Below are positions 27,988 through 37,935 of a DNA stretch of 64,000 nt, piece after piece. The DNA lies in IMG/VR virus record IMGVR_UViG_3300010334_000023, positions 62,001 through 126,000 of that record, one strand, 5' to 3'. Position 1 is the first letter of the stretch. Each line of letters opens with the position of its first letter. Below the pieces are notes generated by a model. That model searched no databases. It was not told where the DNA came from and saw only the letters and a list, made by a program, of their open reading frames with translations. The position numbers and the translations under genes were made by a program.

Positions 27988-30900
27988 TTATACGTTGATG
28001 TTGTTGCTACCGTTTGGTAGCGGATCTGCGTCATTCAACACCCTGATTGGTATGTAGATGAACTCGATCGCCTTTTCTGGCTTGATAGCTATATCAACCC
28101 AAAGCTCGTTGCGATCGATCCTAATCGGTGTGTTGTTGCTGCTATCGCACACGACTGAGAAGTCGTAGAGCGCACGCAATCCAACCAAGTTACCCATGAA
28201 GCTGTTAAACGCTATGGTAACTGCCTGCCTGGTCTGAGCGTCGTTTGGCTCAAACAAGAACGGCTGTGCCAACTGCCTTAGGTTGTAAACCAAGTAGTTG
28301 ATCAGGCGCGCAACATTGACTCTGTCCAGGCTTGTGGTGATTGGATCCAAGGTCTTCTGTCCATATACAACCAAACCACGATTTGGTATGAACGTGATCG
28401 GATTGATCTTGTTCACATACAGCACGTCGCGCTGTCCTTGGTTTAGACTGACTGGCTGATATGTACCGTCTGACTTGAGGTAACCAACGCTCAATGCGCC
28501 AGCAACCAAACCACGATTGAAACCAGCTGGAGCAAACCAAGGATAAGCTACTTGGTCATTGTAAGCATATACCGTGAGTGCCATGGTGCTTGGCGGCACA
28601 AACACTTGGTTTCCGTCCAAGTTCACTTCCAGTGCCCAGGGATAGTAAACTGCTGCGTATGATGTGTGGGTTATCAAACCATCAATGCTGTCATAAGCTG
28701 CGTTGTTGGCATTGGTAGCCCACTGCTGCAGGCTAGTGGTATCAGCTGGTAGCTCTCCAGGAGGATCTGCTAGGATGAAAGCTATCTGTTGTATGTCAAC
28801 ATTGAGCAGGTTCATCTCAGCCAAGCATTCTATGTAACCCGGTGTTGCTATCAAGTTGTAGAAGATCGAATCACCGCGTATGGCTTGGTTGCTAGCAAGC
28901 GAAGCATTAAGCGCTCTAAAGACCATAGCACGCTGCGCATCTGGTCCCATGTAAGGGGTGCCATTTGGACGGTTACCGCTAGCTGTGACCCAGCAATCCG
29001 GATCATAACCTTCAGAAGTGTTCACATCTGGGAAATAATCCATATAGTACTGCTTGACATTGTAGGTGCTATAACGAGTGTTGAACAGCAACATACCAGC
29101 TGGATAAAGCTCTGCGTTAGGCGCATCGCTATCCACATAGTTGCTGACTACCATCGCGCTAGGAGCTTGGCTGCCATTGGTCTTGCCATTGTTATTGTAT
29201 CGCGCGTCAGTGAATATGATGCCCGAAGGACTGCTGTGATTGGTGTTATCGATCAGTGTCCATGATCCAGATGATCCATCGTAGCGGTATAGCACTGGAT
29301 AGGGTGTCACGCTGCTGTCTACCCAGATGTCGTTGGTAACCAATGGACTAAGGTCGCTCTGTGTGCTAGGCATGCTGCCATCTATGATTGGACCATTTGG
29401 ATCTGTAGCTGGATAGGCATTCCTATAACCCTGCCAGATCTGGCCGCTGCCGACCATAATATCAACCTGTAGGTAGGTGTTATACCATAGCGTACCGTCT
29501 GCCGGAGGTCCTACTGGATTGGTGGTGCTCGGTGTATACATCAGTGTTACCCAAGCAGAACCGTCCCATTGATAAAGAACTGTCTTGGCCGTAGCAGGCA
29601 TGTCGCCGTCATTGTTATAACGAGCATACACTGTACCGTAGGTCTTGCTAGAACCAAAAGCAGCATTGGCTACAGCATCGCTGCTGTACATAGGCACAGT
29701 GTTGGTCAGAGGATTGATATTCTGCTCCACCCATATCGTACCATTGTACTTCTTAACTACCATGTTAGCGCCGCGATCGGCTGGTGTGGTATTGATCCAC
29801 ACGTTGGTAGCAGCAGTCTGTGCCAGTGTGCTAGGTACTGTAAGAGATGGATAGTAACCCTGATAAACCATCTGTCGTCCAAACACATAGCCAACTTGTA
29901 TACCTGCGCTGTTAAGAGGAGTTCCGCTGATATCCTTCAGTATGAACTGTGTACCGTTTGTGTTGGTGATTGTGAGATGGTTGCCAGTAGACACGCTAGC
30001 CACGATCGGACCACTTGGGAAAGCAGCATTGATAGCAGAGACCACACCAGCCAACGTGTTGTTAGGTGATGCCGGCACGTAAATCGTGGTAGCTATTCCT
30101 GTGCCAGGATTGATGCTGAATGTGTCAGCAGTTAGATATGCCATGCTAACAGTGAATGTAGCGTTGGTGCCGCTGCCCCCGGTGACGCTCACCGGATTGG
30201 TAGGTGCCACCGTGTAGTTGCCAGGATTGGTCACGGTCACTGTGCCAACACCCCAGCCAATAGTCACTGTGGCATTAGTACCGTTGCCGCTGGTTGATGA
30301 AGGTGTCACAGGATTAGCTGGGACGTTGGTGATGTGCTGTCCGGGCTGTCGTATGGTCAAGGTAACAATAGAGCCGCCGCCTCCGATGCTGGCCACTTCT
30401 AGTATGGTCGGAGTCACATAGGCTGGACCATCAAAAGTAAGCGTATCGCCTTGAGCATAACCAGTTCCAGTAGCAGATATGCTAGCCGCTACAGCCTGTA
30501 TGCTAGCAACAGTCAGCACACCCGTTACGCTGTGGGTACCACCAACGACATTAAGCGTGTCTCCTGGTGCGTAACCAGCACCAGGCGCAACTACAACCGG
30601 CGCTGGCTGTGTTTGTCCTGCTATGTTGCCGTTTGATATCTCAAGCGTAGCAGCTGTGAATGTTGGATTAGCCACAGTACCTGTCACTGCTCCATAGTAA
30701 GTCTGCGTGGTTGGCATACCTGCAGTCTGCCATGGGTGTGTGGTATTTGTTTCTGTGGTTATGTCATGGAAGAAAATGTCAGTAGCATCATAGTTGGTGA
30801 TTACCAAGAAGTTGCTGCTACCAGAAGTGGCAATGCTAGCCAAGGCATTGAAACTATTGGCATCAAGAACCGAATTGATCGAAGTTACAAAGCTGCTGAG

Positions 30901-32076
30901 AGAAGTTCCCGCCACAGTGATGGTCACAGGCACTGCATCACCAATGCTTATAGTGCATTGGTTGCCTATAGTGAAGGTTGGATTGCTGACTGTGCCCTGC
31001 ACCACACGCGGTGCTGCTTCGCGCCATCCCCAACCTGGATAATCCATGTCAGTGCTGCCAACCAAGAACCACCAAGCGTCTGTGTTACCGTTAAGCGTGG
31101 TCTGTTCGATCTTCTGCCAGATCTTGTTCTCCATTAATTCGGTAGTCGGATCAGTGCTGTATGCATCAACTATGAACTCACCAACTGTGCCGTAAGCATG
31201 TATTGGTAATATGGTGTTAGTTGGCTCCGGAGTCATAAATCCGATATCCTCTAACACGTATATGTTAGAATAAAGCAGATCAATCATCGTGGTGATATCA
31301 GTGCCGGTGATGCGTAGATAGTAGAGATCTTCTATCGTAGCTACTGTTGGATCAGGCTTGCCGGTGCGAGCATAGATCGTAGCGCTAATGCCAGAGTTAT
31401 GTATGGCGTTGTTGTTGATAGCACTTGCTACATCACTGAGGCTCATGCCAACTGTCATGGGCACTGTAGTTCCATTAATCACCAAGTTACCAACATGAGT
31501 AACGGCAGGAGTGCTGGCACTGGTCAGTCCAACTGATGCCTGTACCATTATCTCGAGATCAGTTGACTTTGAAAGTGTCAACGGAGTCTTGGCGCTCCAG
31601 CTCAATGCGCTGTTAGCGTTCCCATTGCTGCTGAATATGCCCCAAGTGGTGTTTGCTGTGTCAAGCCAATATTGGTTGAGTGAAGGAGGACCTGCTGGTT
31701 CAGTGGTGCTTGGCACCATCTGCTTTAGATCAACATCCGCACGCAATACATATGCAGTGTTTGCTATACCGAGATATTGATATGCTGTGAACAGACCCAG
31801 CTCATTCAGCTGATTACCATAGTCAGGCGTGCCAGCGGTGGTGTAGAAGGTTGGAGTTCCAAACGTCTGCAGCAGATCACGTTGGCTGCTGATTAGATAA
31901 AGTTGGTTAGCATTAGCAGCAGTAGTACCGGGCGCGTAAACACCTGAGCTACCAGGTTGTAGCTTATTAGCTGCCGTAGCAATGAGAATGAGCGGGACGG
32001 TTCCAGCACCTGCGCTAGCATATACGCTTTCATCTGTGACTGTGACGCTTACGCCGGGTGATACTAGGGTTGCCAT
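27988..32076 (-). CDS. gp18: Tail sheath protein with large inserted domains (1362 aa)
   Basis: LVSPGVSV, WFAPAGFNRG, YGQKTL, RVNVARL, FEPND, IKP.KAIEFIYI. Confidence 0.95.
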   Translation of the reverse strand: MATLVSPGVSVTVTDESVYASAGAGTVPLILIATAANKLQPGSSGVYAPGTTAANANQLYLISSQRDLLQTFGTPTFYTTAGTPDYGNQLNELGLFTAYQYLGIANTAYVLRADVDLKQMVPSTTEPAGPPSLNQYWLDTANTTWGIFSSNGNANSALSWSAKTPLTLSKSTDLEIMVQASVGLTSASTPAVTHVGNLVINGTTVPMTVGMSLSDVASAINNNAIHNSGISATIYARTGKPDPTVATIEDLYYLRITGTDITTMIDLLYSNIYVLEDIGFMTPEPTNTILPIHAYGTVGEFIVDAYSTDPTTELMENKIWQKIEQTTLNGNTDAWWFLVGSTDMDYPGWGWREAAPRVVQGTVSNPTFTIGNQCTISIGDAVPVTITVAGTSLSSFVTSINSVLDANSFNALASIATSGSSNFLVITNYDATDIFFHDITTETNTTHPWQTAGMPTTQTYYGAVTGTVANPTFTAATLEISNGNIAGQTQPAPVVVAPGAGYAPGDTLNVVGGTHSVTGVLTVASIQAVAASISATGTGYAQGDTLTFDGPAYVTPTILEVASIGGGGSIVTLTIRQPGQHITNVPANPVTPSSTSGNGTNATVTIGWGVGTVTVTNPGNYTVAPTNPVSVTGGSGTNATFTVSMAYLTADTFSINPGTGIATTIYVPASPNNTLAGVVSAINAAFPSGPIVASVSTGNHLTITNTNGTQFILKDISGTPLNSAGIQVGYVFGRQMVYQGYYPSLTVPSTLAQTAATNVWINTTPADRGANMVVKKYNGTIWVEQNINPLTNTVPMYSSDAVANAAFGSSKTYGTVYARYNNDGDMPATAKTVLYQWDGSAWVTLMYTPSTTNPVGPPADGTLWYNTYLQVDIMVGSGQIWQGYRNAYPATDPNGPIIDGSMPSTQSDLSPLVTNDIWVDSSVTPYPVLYRYDGSSGSWTLIDNTNHSSPSGIIFTDARYNNNGKTNGSQAPSAMVVSNYVDSDAPNAELYPAGMLLFNTRYSTYNVKQYYMDYFPDVNTSEGYDPDCWVTASGNRPNGTPYMGPDAQRAMVFRALNASLASNQAIRGDSIFYNLIATPGYIECLAEMNLLNVDIQQIAFILADPPGELPADTTSLQQWATNANNAAYDSIDGLITHTSYAAVYYPWALEVNLDGNQVFVPPSTMALTVYAYNDQVAYPWFAPAGFNRGLVAGALSVGYLKSDGTYQPVSLNQGQRDVLYVNKINPITFIPNRGLVVYGQKTLDPITTSLDRVNVARLINYLVYNLRQLAQPFLFEPNDAQTRQAVTIAFNSFMGNLVGLRALYDFSVVCDSSNNTPIRIDRNELWVDIAIKPEKAIEFIYIPIRVLNDADPLPNGSNNINV

Positions 32077-32213
32077 GGAAAACCTCTCCGTTTGAATTGT
32101 TCTTTCTATTTATCAGCGACTCAGCAAAAAACCAGGTTTTCTCTGGGTTAGGGCCAAGCAGACGCTTGATTGGCTGCTGCAGATGCGTTATTATTAGATG
32201 GACGGAGGTATCG

Positions 32214-32798
32214 ATGATCATAGGCATATGCGGGTTGATTGGCAGCGGCAAAGGAACCGTGGCTGATATACTAGAGCAAGACCAGGGATTCACCAAAGTC
32301 AGCTTCGCTGACAGTCTCAAAGATGCTGTAACAGCTGTGTTTGGATGGCCGCGGCATTTACTAGAAGGTGACACGGATGAGAGCAGAGAATGGCGCGAGC
32401 AGGTAGACCCATGGTGGGCCACCAGGCTTAGGATGCCAGATCTAACTCCGCGTTTGATCCTTCAGCTATGGGGCACAGAGGTTTGTCGGTCAGGCTTTCA
32501 TGACGACATTTGGATAGCTAGCATGGAACGCAAGCTGGACAGCAACGTCAATTATGTGATTCCAGACACCCGGTTTCCAAACGAGATTGCTCTCATCAAA
32601 AAGCTAGGCGGGCAGGTTTGGCACGTGGAAAGAGGCGGTCGTCCGTCGTGGTTTGACAAATATAAGCTGGGAGGATCGCCACCTAGTGACATACATGCCA
32701 GCGAATGGGCATGGGTGAGATCTAAGTTCGAACATACCATAGAAAACAATGGCACCGTGGATCAGCTCAAGCAAACTGTGCAGGGTTTGATCACCTGA
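32214..32798 (+). CDS. gp1: Deoxynucleoside monophosphate kinase
   Basis: MIIGICGLIGSGKGT, SFADSLK, LQLWGTE, DTRFPNE, HASE; GGAGG RBS. Confidence 0.9.
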   Translation: MIIGICGLIGSGKGTVADILEQDQGFTKVSFADSLKDAVTAVFGWPRHLLEGDTDESREWREQVDPWWATRLRMPDLTPRLILQLWGTEVCRSGFHDDIWIASMERKLDSNVNYVIPDTRFPNEIALIKKLGGQVWHVERGGRPSWFDKYKLGGSPPSDIHASEWAWVRSKFEHTIENNGTVDQLKQTVQGLIT

Positions 32799-32826
32799 TT
32801 AAATATGATATTATCAAAGGTTACCC

Positions 32827-33408
32827 ATGACGCAAGACTCACCAATGCTATTATCCGACGGCGGCGAGAGCCCAGTAACCGCAGCAGCAGCTGAACTAGC
32901 TGAGGAAGCTGGACATGAACTTAGGCTCCTTACCTATCCAGGATCAACCGTCAGCTTGAACCGAGGACATGTCTATGAGATAGACATGGAGCATCTAAAG
33001 GAAGCCAACCGATATCTGCTGCGTGCCAACAAGAATATGCACAGATCGTGGCCGAGAAGGCAGCTAGCAGCAGACAATGCGCTGCGACGAGATAGTTGGA
33101 CTGCCAAGTGGGTTCATAGGATCTATATGATAGGGTTGTTTACACAGGATGCCAGCCTGCTCAAGCTGAATACTGATTCGGCATGGGCAGCTCAGATGTA
33201 TGTTGATCGCTTCCTCTATGACCAAGAACCCTGGCAACTATGCGAGCTGTTCCTGTTTGATATGAAGAGCGAATCATGGTGGCAATGGCAGCAGCAGTGG
33301 TCGCGTGTCAGCGAGGTCCCATCTCCAGACGGAGTCTACACTGTTCTGGGAAATGACAAGATCACTAACGCTGGAAAATCTGCTCTGAGAGATCTTTTTC
33401 TCAGTTAG
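32827..33408 (+). CDS. Hypothetical protein
   Basis: 193-aa ORF with TAAATA upstream (~32800). Confidence 0.55.
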   Translation: MTQDSPMLLSDGGESPVTAAAAELAEEAGHELRLLTYPGSTVSLNRGHVYEIDMEHLKEANRYLLRANKNMHRSWPRRQLAADNALRRDSWTAKWVHRIYMIGLFTQDASLLKLNTDSAWAAQMYVDRFLYDQEPWQLCELFLFDMKSESWWQWQQQWSRVSEVPSPDGVYTVLGNDKITNAGKSALRDLFLS

Positions 33409-34193
33409 CCCACAATAATACCCAGAGGCATGGCATTATCGATATAGAGATCAATGTCCTTTTCGAGGCGCTCCATCGAAGCCTTGCTTTCTTCCAACAG
33501 CTGAGTACCTTTGAGCGTGGTGCCACCCTGTGGACCCGCTAGCGTGTTGTACTTGCTGTATGCCTCTCCCAACATCCTCTGGCACCAAGCCAAGGTGTAA
33601 TCTCTAATCCATGGGCGAGCAAATGGATCCTGTAGAATGACATCGTTTGGCCTATACATGTAGGCCCATATCAGTATCTGTTCATTGCCACTGGGCCTGC
33701 GTACAAGACTCAATCGCTTGGTAACCGTATCAAAGGTATAGTTGATGTCACGACCAAACATGCGCCCAGCTTGATCAAGGTATTCGTAGAAAAGCTCATA
33801 TGTCAACAGTCCGGCGCTATAGCCGCCGCCGGCTCCAGCCTGTAGGAGATAGAGGTTGGTATAAGCCAGGCTGAAAGGATCAATCTGAGTACCACCCGTT
33901 ATACCACCTAAACCTCTGCGGAACAGTTGCCTCACGCTCACCACATTGTCTGGCAGGTAATAATCCGTGATATCGTTCTGTAAGAGCAGGAACAAGTAGC
34001 TTTCTTCATCCGCATTTCCGCTTCTCTGACGATACCGATCGAACGAAAAGGTTAGAGCAGCACTGTAATGAGCAGGATCAAGTTCTATATCTACCATGCC
34101 GCCGCCCAGCATCAATTGGACTTCGTCAATTATCTGCTGCTGTAGAGGCGAGCTTGGATTTGAAGGTGGTACTGTAACTGTTGCTGTGACCAT
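33405..34193 (-). CDS. gp13: Neck / head-tail adaptor protein
   Basis: LGGGMVDIEL, WIRDYTLA, LGEAYSKY..LAGPQGGTTLKG; TATAAATA upstream. Confidence 0.85.
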   Translation of the reverse strand: MVTATVTVPPSNPSSPLQQQIIDEVQLMLGGGMVDIELDPAHYSAALTFSFDRYRQRSGNADEESYLFLLLQNDITDYYLPDNVVSVRQLFRRGLGGITGGTQIDPFSLAYTNLYLLQAGAGGGYSAGLLTYELFYEYLDQAGRMFGRDINYTFDTVTKRLSLVRRPSGNEQILIWAYMYRPNDVILQDPFARPWIRDYTLAWCQRMLGEAYSKYNTLAGPQGGTTLKGTQLLEESKASMERLEKDIDLYIDNAMPLGIIVG

Positions 34194-34229
34194 TTTCTTT
34201 GGATCTCCAGCGATATTTATAGCAGCGTA

Positions 34230-34682
34230 TCACTGTTCCTGCATGATCTTCATGACCTTACGGCAGTATCTGCTAGGCTTATTTCGCCAAGATTTACCAA
34301 GTCCTTCGTTGTATAAGGTAGCTGCCCTGCACTGATCGTCTTGAGCTTCATCTAACGCCATGCGCATATAGGTCATGCTGTATTCAAGATTCACTTCTGG
34401 CTCTAGCAGTGCGGCGCACTTGCCATTGAACCCTATGCCTCGAGCCGTGCCGCACTTGATCTGTCCTAGACCATAGTTGCCGCTGCTCAATGCCTTTGCG
34501 TCCCAATTACTCTCAACAGTCACTACAGCGATTGCCAGGGAGCTTGGCACGTTATGTTCTTGGGCCTTGTCAACTGTAAGTTGAACCAAAGGGTTGCTGC
34601 TGTGGTGCAACCCATCGGCACCAACTGTTTCACAGCCTGCGCATGCAAAACAGAAGGCTACGACCAGAGCCATTTTCATCAT
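34230..34682 (-). CDS. Lytic transglycosylase (SLT) with lipoprotein-type signal
   Basis: AVVTVESNW, GLGQIK..TAR, NL.Y, LYN.G; N-terminal MKMALVVAFCFACAGC. Confidence 0.85.
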   Translation of the reverse strand: MMKMALVVAFCFACAGCETVGADGLHHSSNPLVQLTVDKAQEHNVPSSLAIAVVTVESNWDAKALSSGNYGLGQIKCGTARGIGFNGKCAALLEPEVNLEYSMTYMRMALDEAQDDQCRAATLYNEGLGKSWRNKPSRYCRKVMKIMQEQ

Positions 34683-34721
34683 TGGCAAATATATTTAGCC
34701 TCCACTGAAGCAAAAGTCAAG

Positions 34722-35771
34722 TTATCTGAACACCTTGATCACCAGTGTGTCCTTGTTGAGCCGCCCATTTACGGGATGCCGCTTGCCTTTGATGTTATCA
34801 TTCATGACCAGATCCACTCGCTTAACCGTGGCAGCGTCGCGTAAAATCACCAAGACCTTCTTGGGATCACGCAGTGTCTTAGCAAAGCTTTTGGCTTCAT
34901 CGTAGCCAGTAATCTTGGTGCCTTTGATGCCAAGCTCACCTTCTGCTGCCGCGTAGACATAGAGCTTGCGGCTCTTGCTGTTGTAGATCACAGCTTTGTT
35001 GCTGCCAGGGATCATAGCTGGGCTCAAGCTAGCCATGTCTGTGTTGAGGTCAACCGTCTTGAACTTAGCCTTGCTGGCCTGCTTAATGCTCTTGCGACTG
35101 ACATCCTTGCTGCTGCTAACTGCCTTGGCATTGCCAGTGCTAGTAGCAAGCACGTTAAGCACGGTCACGATTGGTTCGATGGTTTCTGCTACCAATCTGT
35201 TTTCCTTGTCGCGCATAGCATCCGCAAAGCTCTCCTTGAAGTGATCATAGAGACGCTTGAGCATCTGTTGGTTTGGCCTGTAGCGATCCAAGCGCTTCTT
35301 GGTCTCTTCCTCGATCTTAGCCGTGTCTGCTATGTACTTGCGCCAGACAGCTTCAAGGCTACTGTACATGTTCACATATTCGATTGTGCGCCGTCCAGTT
35401 AAGCTAAGCTTGATGTCGTCGTCTGGTTCTTCAGCAACTACCTGCACCTTGAGCAGCTCTACCAGCTTGGACTCAAACCATTCCTTGGCCTGATCCGGCA
35501 TTACTGCGCCGTGATCCATGCAGAATGTCATGCGACCAATCGTAGCATATTGCCAGGGCGAAAGTGCATCCCAGTGATAACGTTCATCAATGTCCCTGTT
35601 GACCTTAGCCCAACCCAGGAAGCTCTGTTTTAGCGTGGGGAGATCGATCTCCACGCGAGCGTAGTCCATGGCATGACGCCATTCTCTGAGGTGATTTTCG
35701 TTCTCAGGACCAGCATTAGAAAAGTCCACACCCTTCATCTTGCGTCCAGAAACTTGAGTTTGCTCGATCAT
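34722..35771 (-). CDS. Early hypothetical protein
   Basis: 349-aa ORF; GGAGG RBS; strong early promoter. Confidence 0.65.
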   Translation of the reverse strand: MIEQTQVSGRKMKGVDFSNAGPENENHLREWRHAMDYARVEIDLPTLKQSFLGWAKVNRDIDERYHWDALSPWQYATIGRMTFCMDHGAVMPDQAKEWFESKLVELLKVQVVAEEPDDDIKLSLTGRRTIEYVNMYSSLEAVWRKYIADTAKIEEETKKRLDRYRPNQQMLKRLYDHFKESFADAMRDKENRLVAETIEPIVTVLNVLATSTGNAKAVSSSKDVSRKSIKQASKAKFKTVDLNTDMASLSPAMIPGSNKAVIYNSKSRKLYVYAAAEGELGIKGTKITGYDEAKSFAKTLRDPKKVLVILRDAATVKRVDLVMNDNIKGKRHPVNGRLNKDTLVIKVFR

Positions 35772-35790
35772 CTCTGTCCTCCAATATGCT

Positions 35791-35828
35791 ATAGTAGCAT
35801 GGTTTTAGGAGCTGTCAACTGGTTTTTT
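35791..35828 (-). promoter_or_regulatory. Early sigma70-type promoter
   Basis: AAAAAACCAG-TTGACA-16 nt-TACTAT with TG extension. Confidence 0.72.
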
Positions 35829-35920
35829 GCTGATTTTTACATAATTTTATCAGCAGATTCAATGATATAAACGCACGCAAAGCGCTGATAAATACCAATG
35901 CCGTAATCTGGGAGCGAGAT

Positions 35921-37054
35921 GTGCCACCATTAACCCTTTGGAAGGGTGCCGCAGTAAGGACAAACGACTACAAGCTGTTCGATCGTCTGATCAGCGAGGA
36001 GTACCGCATAGGCGGTACTGAATTCTTGGTACACAAATACCTTGGACCAAAACCAACCGGGGACAGCGGTGATTTTACCCTGCCCAACACGGCGTTAGAT
36101 GCACTCAACAGCGGACAGGACAACCTTCTGCAGATACAAGACGTGCTAAACATGGAGATACGCGATCGTGCCTACGATCAGGACGTGATTGCCCTAAAGG
36201 GACATTATCAGATCAGTGACACAGAATTTGACCTACGCCAGTTTGGCCTGTTCTTGAGCAATGAGACCATATTCATCACCTTCCATCTCAATGACATGGT
36301 GCTCAGCATAGGTCGCACGTTGATGAGCGGTGATGTTATAGAGATCAGCCATCGCAGAGATGATCTAGCACTGGGAGATTTTGTGATACCAAAGTACTAT
36401 GTGGTGCAGGAAGGAGCACGTCCAGCAGAAGGCTACAGTCCAACATGGTGGCCTCACATCTGGCGAGTGAAGTGTGATCCGATCACAGACAGCCAAGAAT
36501 ACCGAGACATACTCCAGAAACCAGCACAGGATCTCAATGGAGATCCAGTTCCCAATCCAAACGGCACCGGAACTCTCACCGTGGCTGACATGGTCAGCGT
36601 GTACAACCGCGAGATAGAAATCAACGACAGGATAGTAGCACAAGCTACCGCAGAGGTTCCATTCAGGAACCTACAGGCACAGCAGTTCTATGTGTTAGAT
36701 TCAAACGTACCGGTTACAATCTTGGCCAACGACGGCATTCCTCCAAACCAAAGCAAACCTGTACAGACAGGCATAGCTTTTCCGCCCGGTGCGCCCGCAG
36801 GTACTTGGATACTGAGAGTGGACTACAGCCCACCTCAGCTTTATGAGAGAGTGCAGTTGGCAAACAACAGCGGAGCAGTATGGACACGCTATGAGATAGA
36901 TTACCGCACCAGCTGGACACCAAGTACTTCCGTGCTTGCTGAGTTCATAAATAATGCCACAGCAACGAGCACTCTTTCCAATGGAGTTGTTGTACCTCAG
37001 AGGCAGGATCTGCGCACGGTGCTGAAAGCCAAGCTAGACCCAGACATCATATAG
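35921..37054 (+). CDS. gp14: Neck / head closure protein
   Basis: FDLRQFGLFL, IFITFH, GDVI, W.PHIWRVKC; late promoter 35889-35894; located between gp13 and gp15. Confidence 0.7.
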   Translation: MPPLTLWKGAAVRTNDYKLFDRLISEEYRIGGTEFLVHKYLGPKPTGDSGDFTLPNTALDALNSGQDNLLQIQDVLNMEIRDRAYDQDVIALKGHYQISDTEFDLRQFGLFLSNETIFITFHLNDMVLSIGRTLMSGDVIEISHRRDDLALGDFVIPKYYVVQEGARPAEGYSPTWWPHIWRVKCDPITDSQEYRDILQKPAQDLNGDPVPNPNGTGTLTVADMVSVYNREIEINDRIVAQATAEVPFRNLQAQQFYVLDSNVPVTILANDGIPPNQSKPVQTGIAFPPGAPAGTWILRVDYSPPQLYERVQLANNSGAVWTRYEIDYRTSWTPSTSVLAEFINNATATSTLSNGVVVPQRQDLRTVLKAKLDPDII

Positions 37055-37065
37055 GAGCGAGATAG

Positions 37066-37680
37066 ATGGTAACCGTTGAGCAACTGCAGCAGATTTTTAC
37101 GTCATCTGATCCAAGTGATCTACAAGAGATCTGTGATCCCTTGAATGCCGCTATGAACGAATTCAATATCAGTAGTGACAGAGAGCAAGCCATGTTCCTA
37201 GCACAGTGCGGGCATGAGAGCGGCGGATTCAGTGTCGTACAAGAAAACTTGAACTACAAAGCCGAAGGATTGACGAAGATCTTTCACAGATACTTCCAAG
37301 ATGTAGACACAGCTAGCAGCTATGCGCATAACCCAGAAAAGATTGCCAATCGAGTGTATGCCAATCGCATGGGCAATGGTGACGAAGACAGCGGCGACGG
37401 CTATCGCTATCGCGGTCGAGGTCTAATACAGCTCACAGGCAAGGACAACTACGATGCCTGCGGCGCGGCTCTAAAGGTCGATCTCACGGCAGATCCGGAT
37501 TATCTAGAGACAGCGGAAGGTGCTGCTCGCAGTGCTGCATGGTTTTGGTCACACAACGGCCTCAATCGGTTTGCTGATAAAGACGATATCGTTGGCTGCA
37601 CCAAACGAGTCAACGGAGGCACCATTGGCCTTGAAGAACGCACTCGTTATTATCAGATAGCAAAGTCTGTGCTAGCTTGA
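37066..37680 (+). CDS. Glycoside hydrolase family 19 endolysin
   Basis: FLAQCGHESGGF, ENLNY, YRGRGLIQLTGK.NY, SAAWFW, TKRVNGG..GL. Confidence 0.92.
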   Translation: MVTVEQLQQIFTSSDPSDLQEICDPLNAAMNEFNISSDREQAMFLAQCGHESGGFSVVQENLNYKAEGLTKIFHRYFQDVDTASSYAHNPEKIANRVYANRMGNGDEDSGDGYRYRGRGLIQLTGKDNYDACGAALKVDLTADPDYLETAEGAARSAAWFWSHNGLNRFADKDDIVGCTKRVNGGTIGLEERTRYYQIAKSVLA

Positions 37681-37881
37681 TTTCTTGATCATATCGCGCA
37701 CGTCAGTTACTTTTTCGTGCTCGATCATGTCTATGATTTGGTTGGTCAAGTGTATCTCGCGCTTGACCAACTCGTATTTCACGTTCAGCTTGCGTAGCTC
37801 CTCGTGGTAAAATGCCAATTCCTGTTCCTTGCGCCTGCGCATCTCATAGATATCATCCAAGAGGATAAGCTTAGCAGTCAT
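37672..37881 (-). CDS. Hypothetical coiled-coil protein
   Basis: Short ORF with TAAATA at 37904-37899. Confidence 0.55.
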   Translation of the reverse strand: MTAKLILLDDIYEMRRRKEQELAFYHEELRKLNVKYELVKREIHLTNQIIDMIEHEKVTDVRDMIKKSS

Positions 37882-37935
37882 ACGTTTTACCCATGCAATA
37901 TTTACCATAAATATCCATGAAAAGCAGGACAAAAC

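Noticed and set aside
32058-32213. Extended start for the dNMP kinase
   Set aside because: It overlaps the sheath start; the RBS and family N-terminus fit ATG 32214
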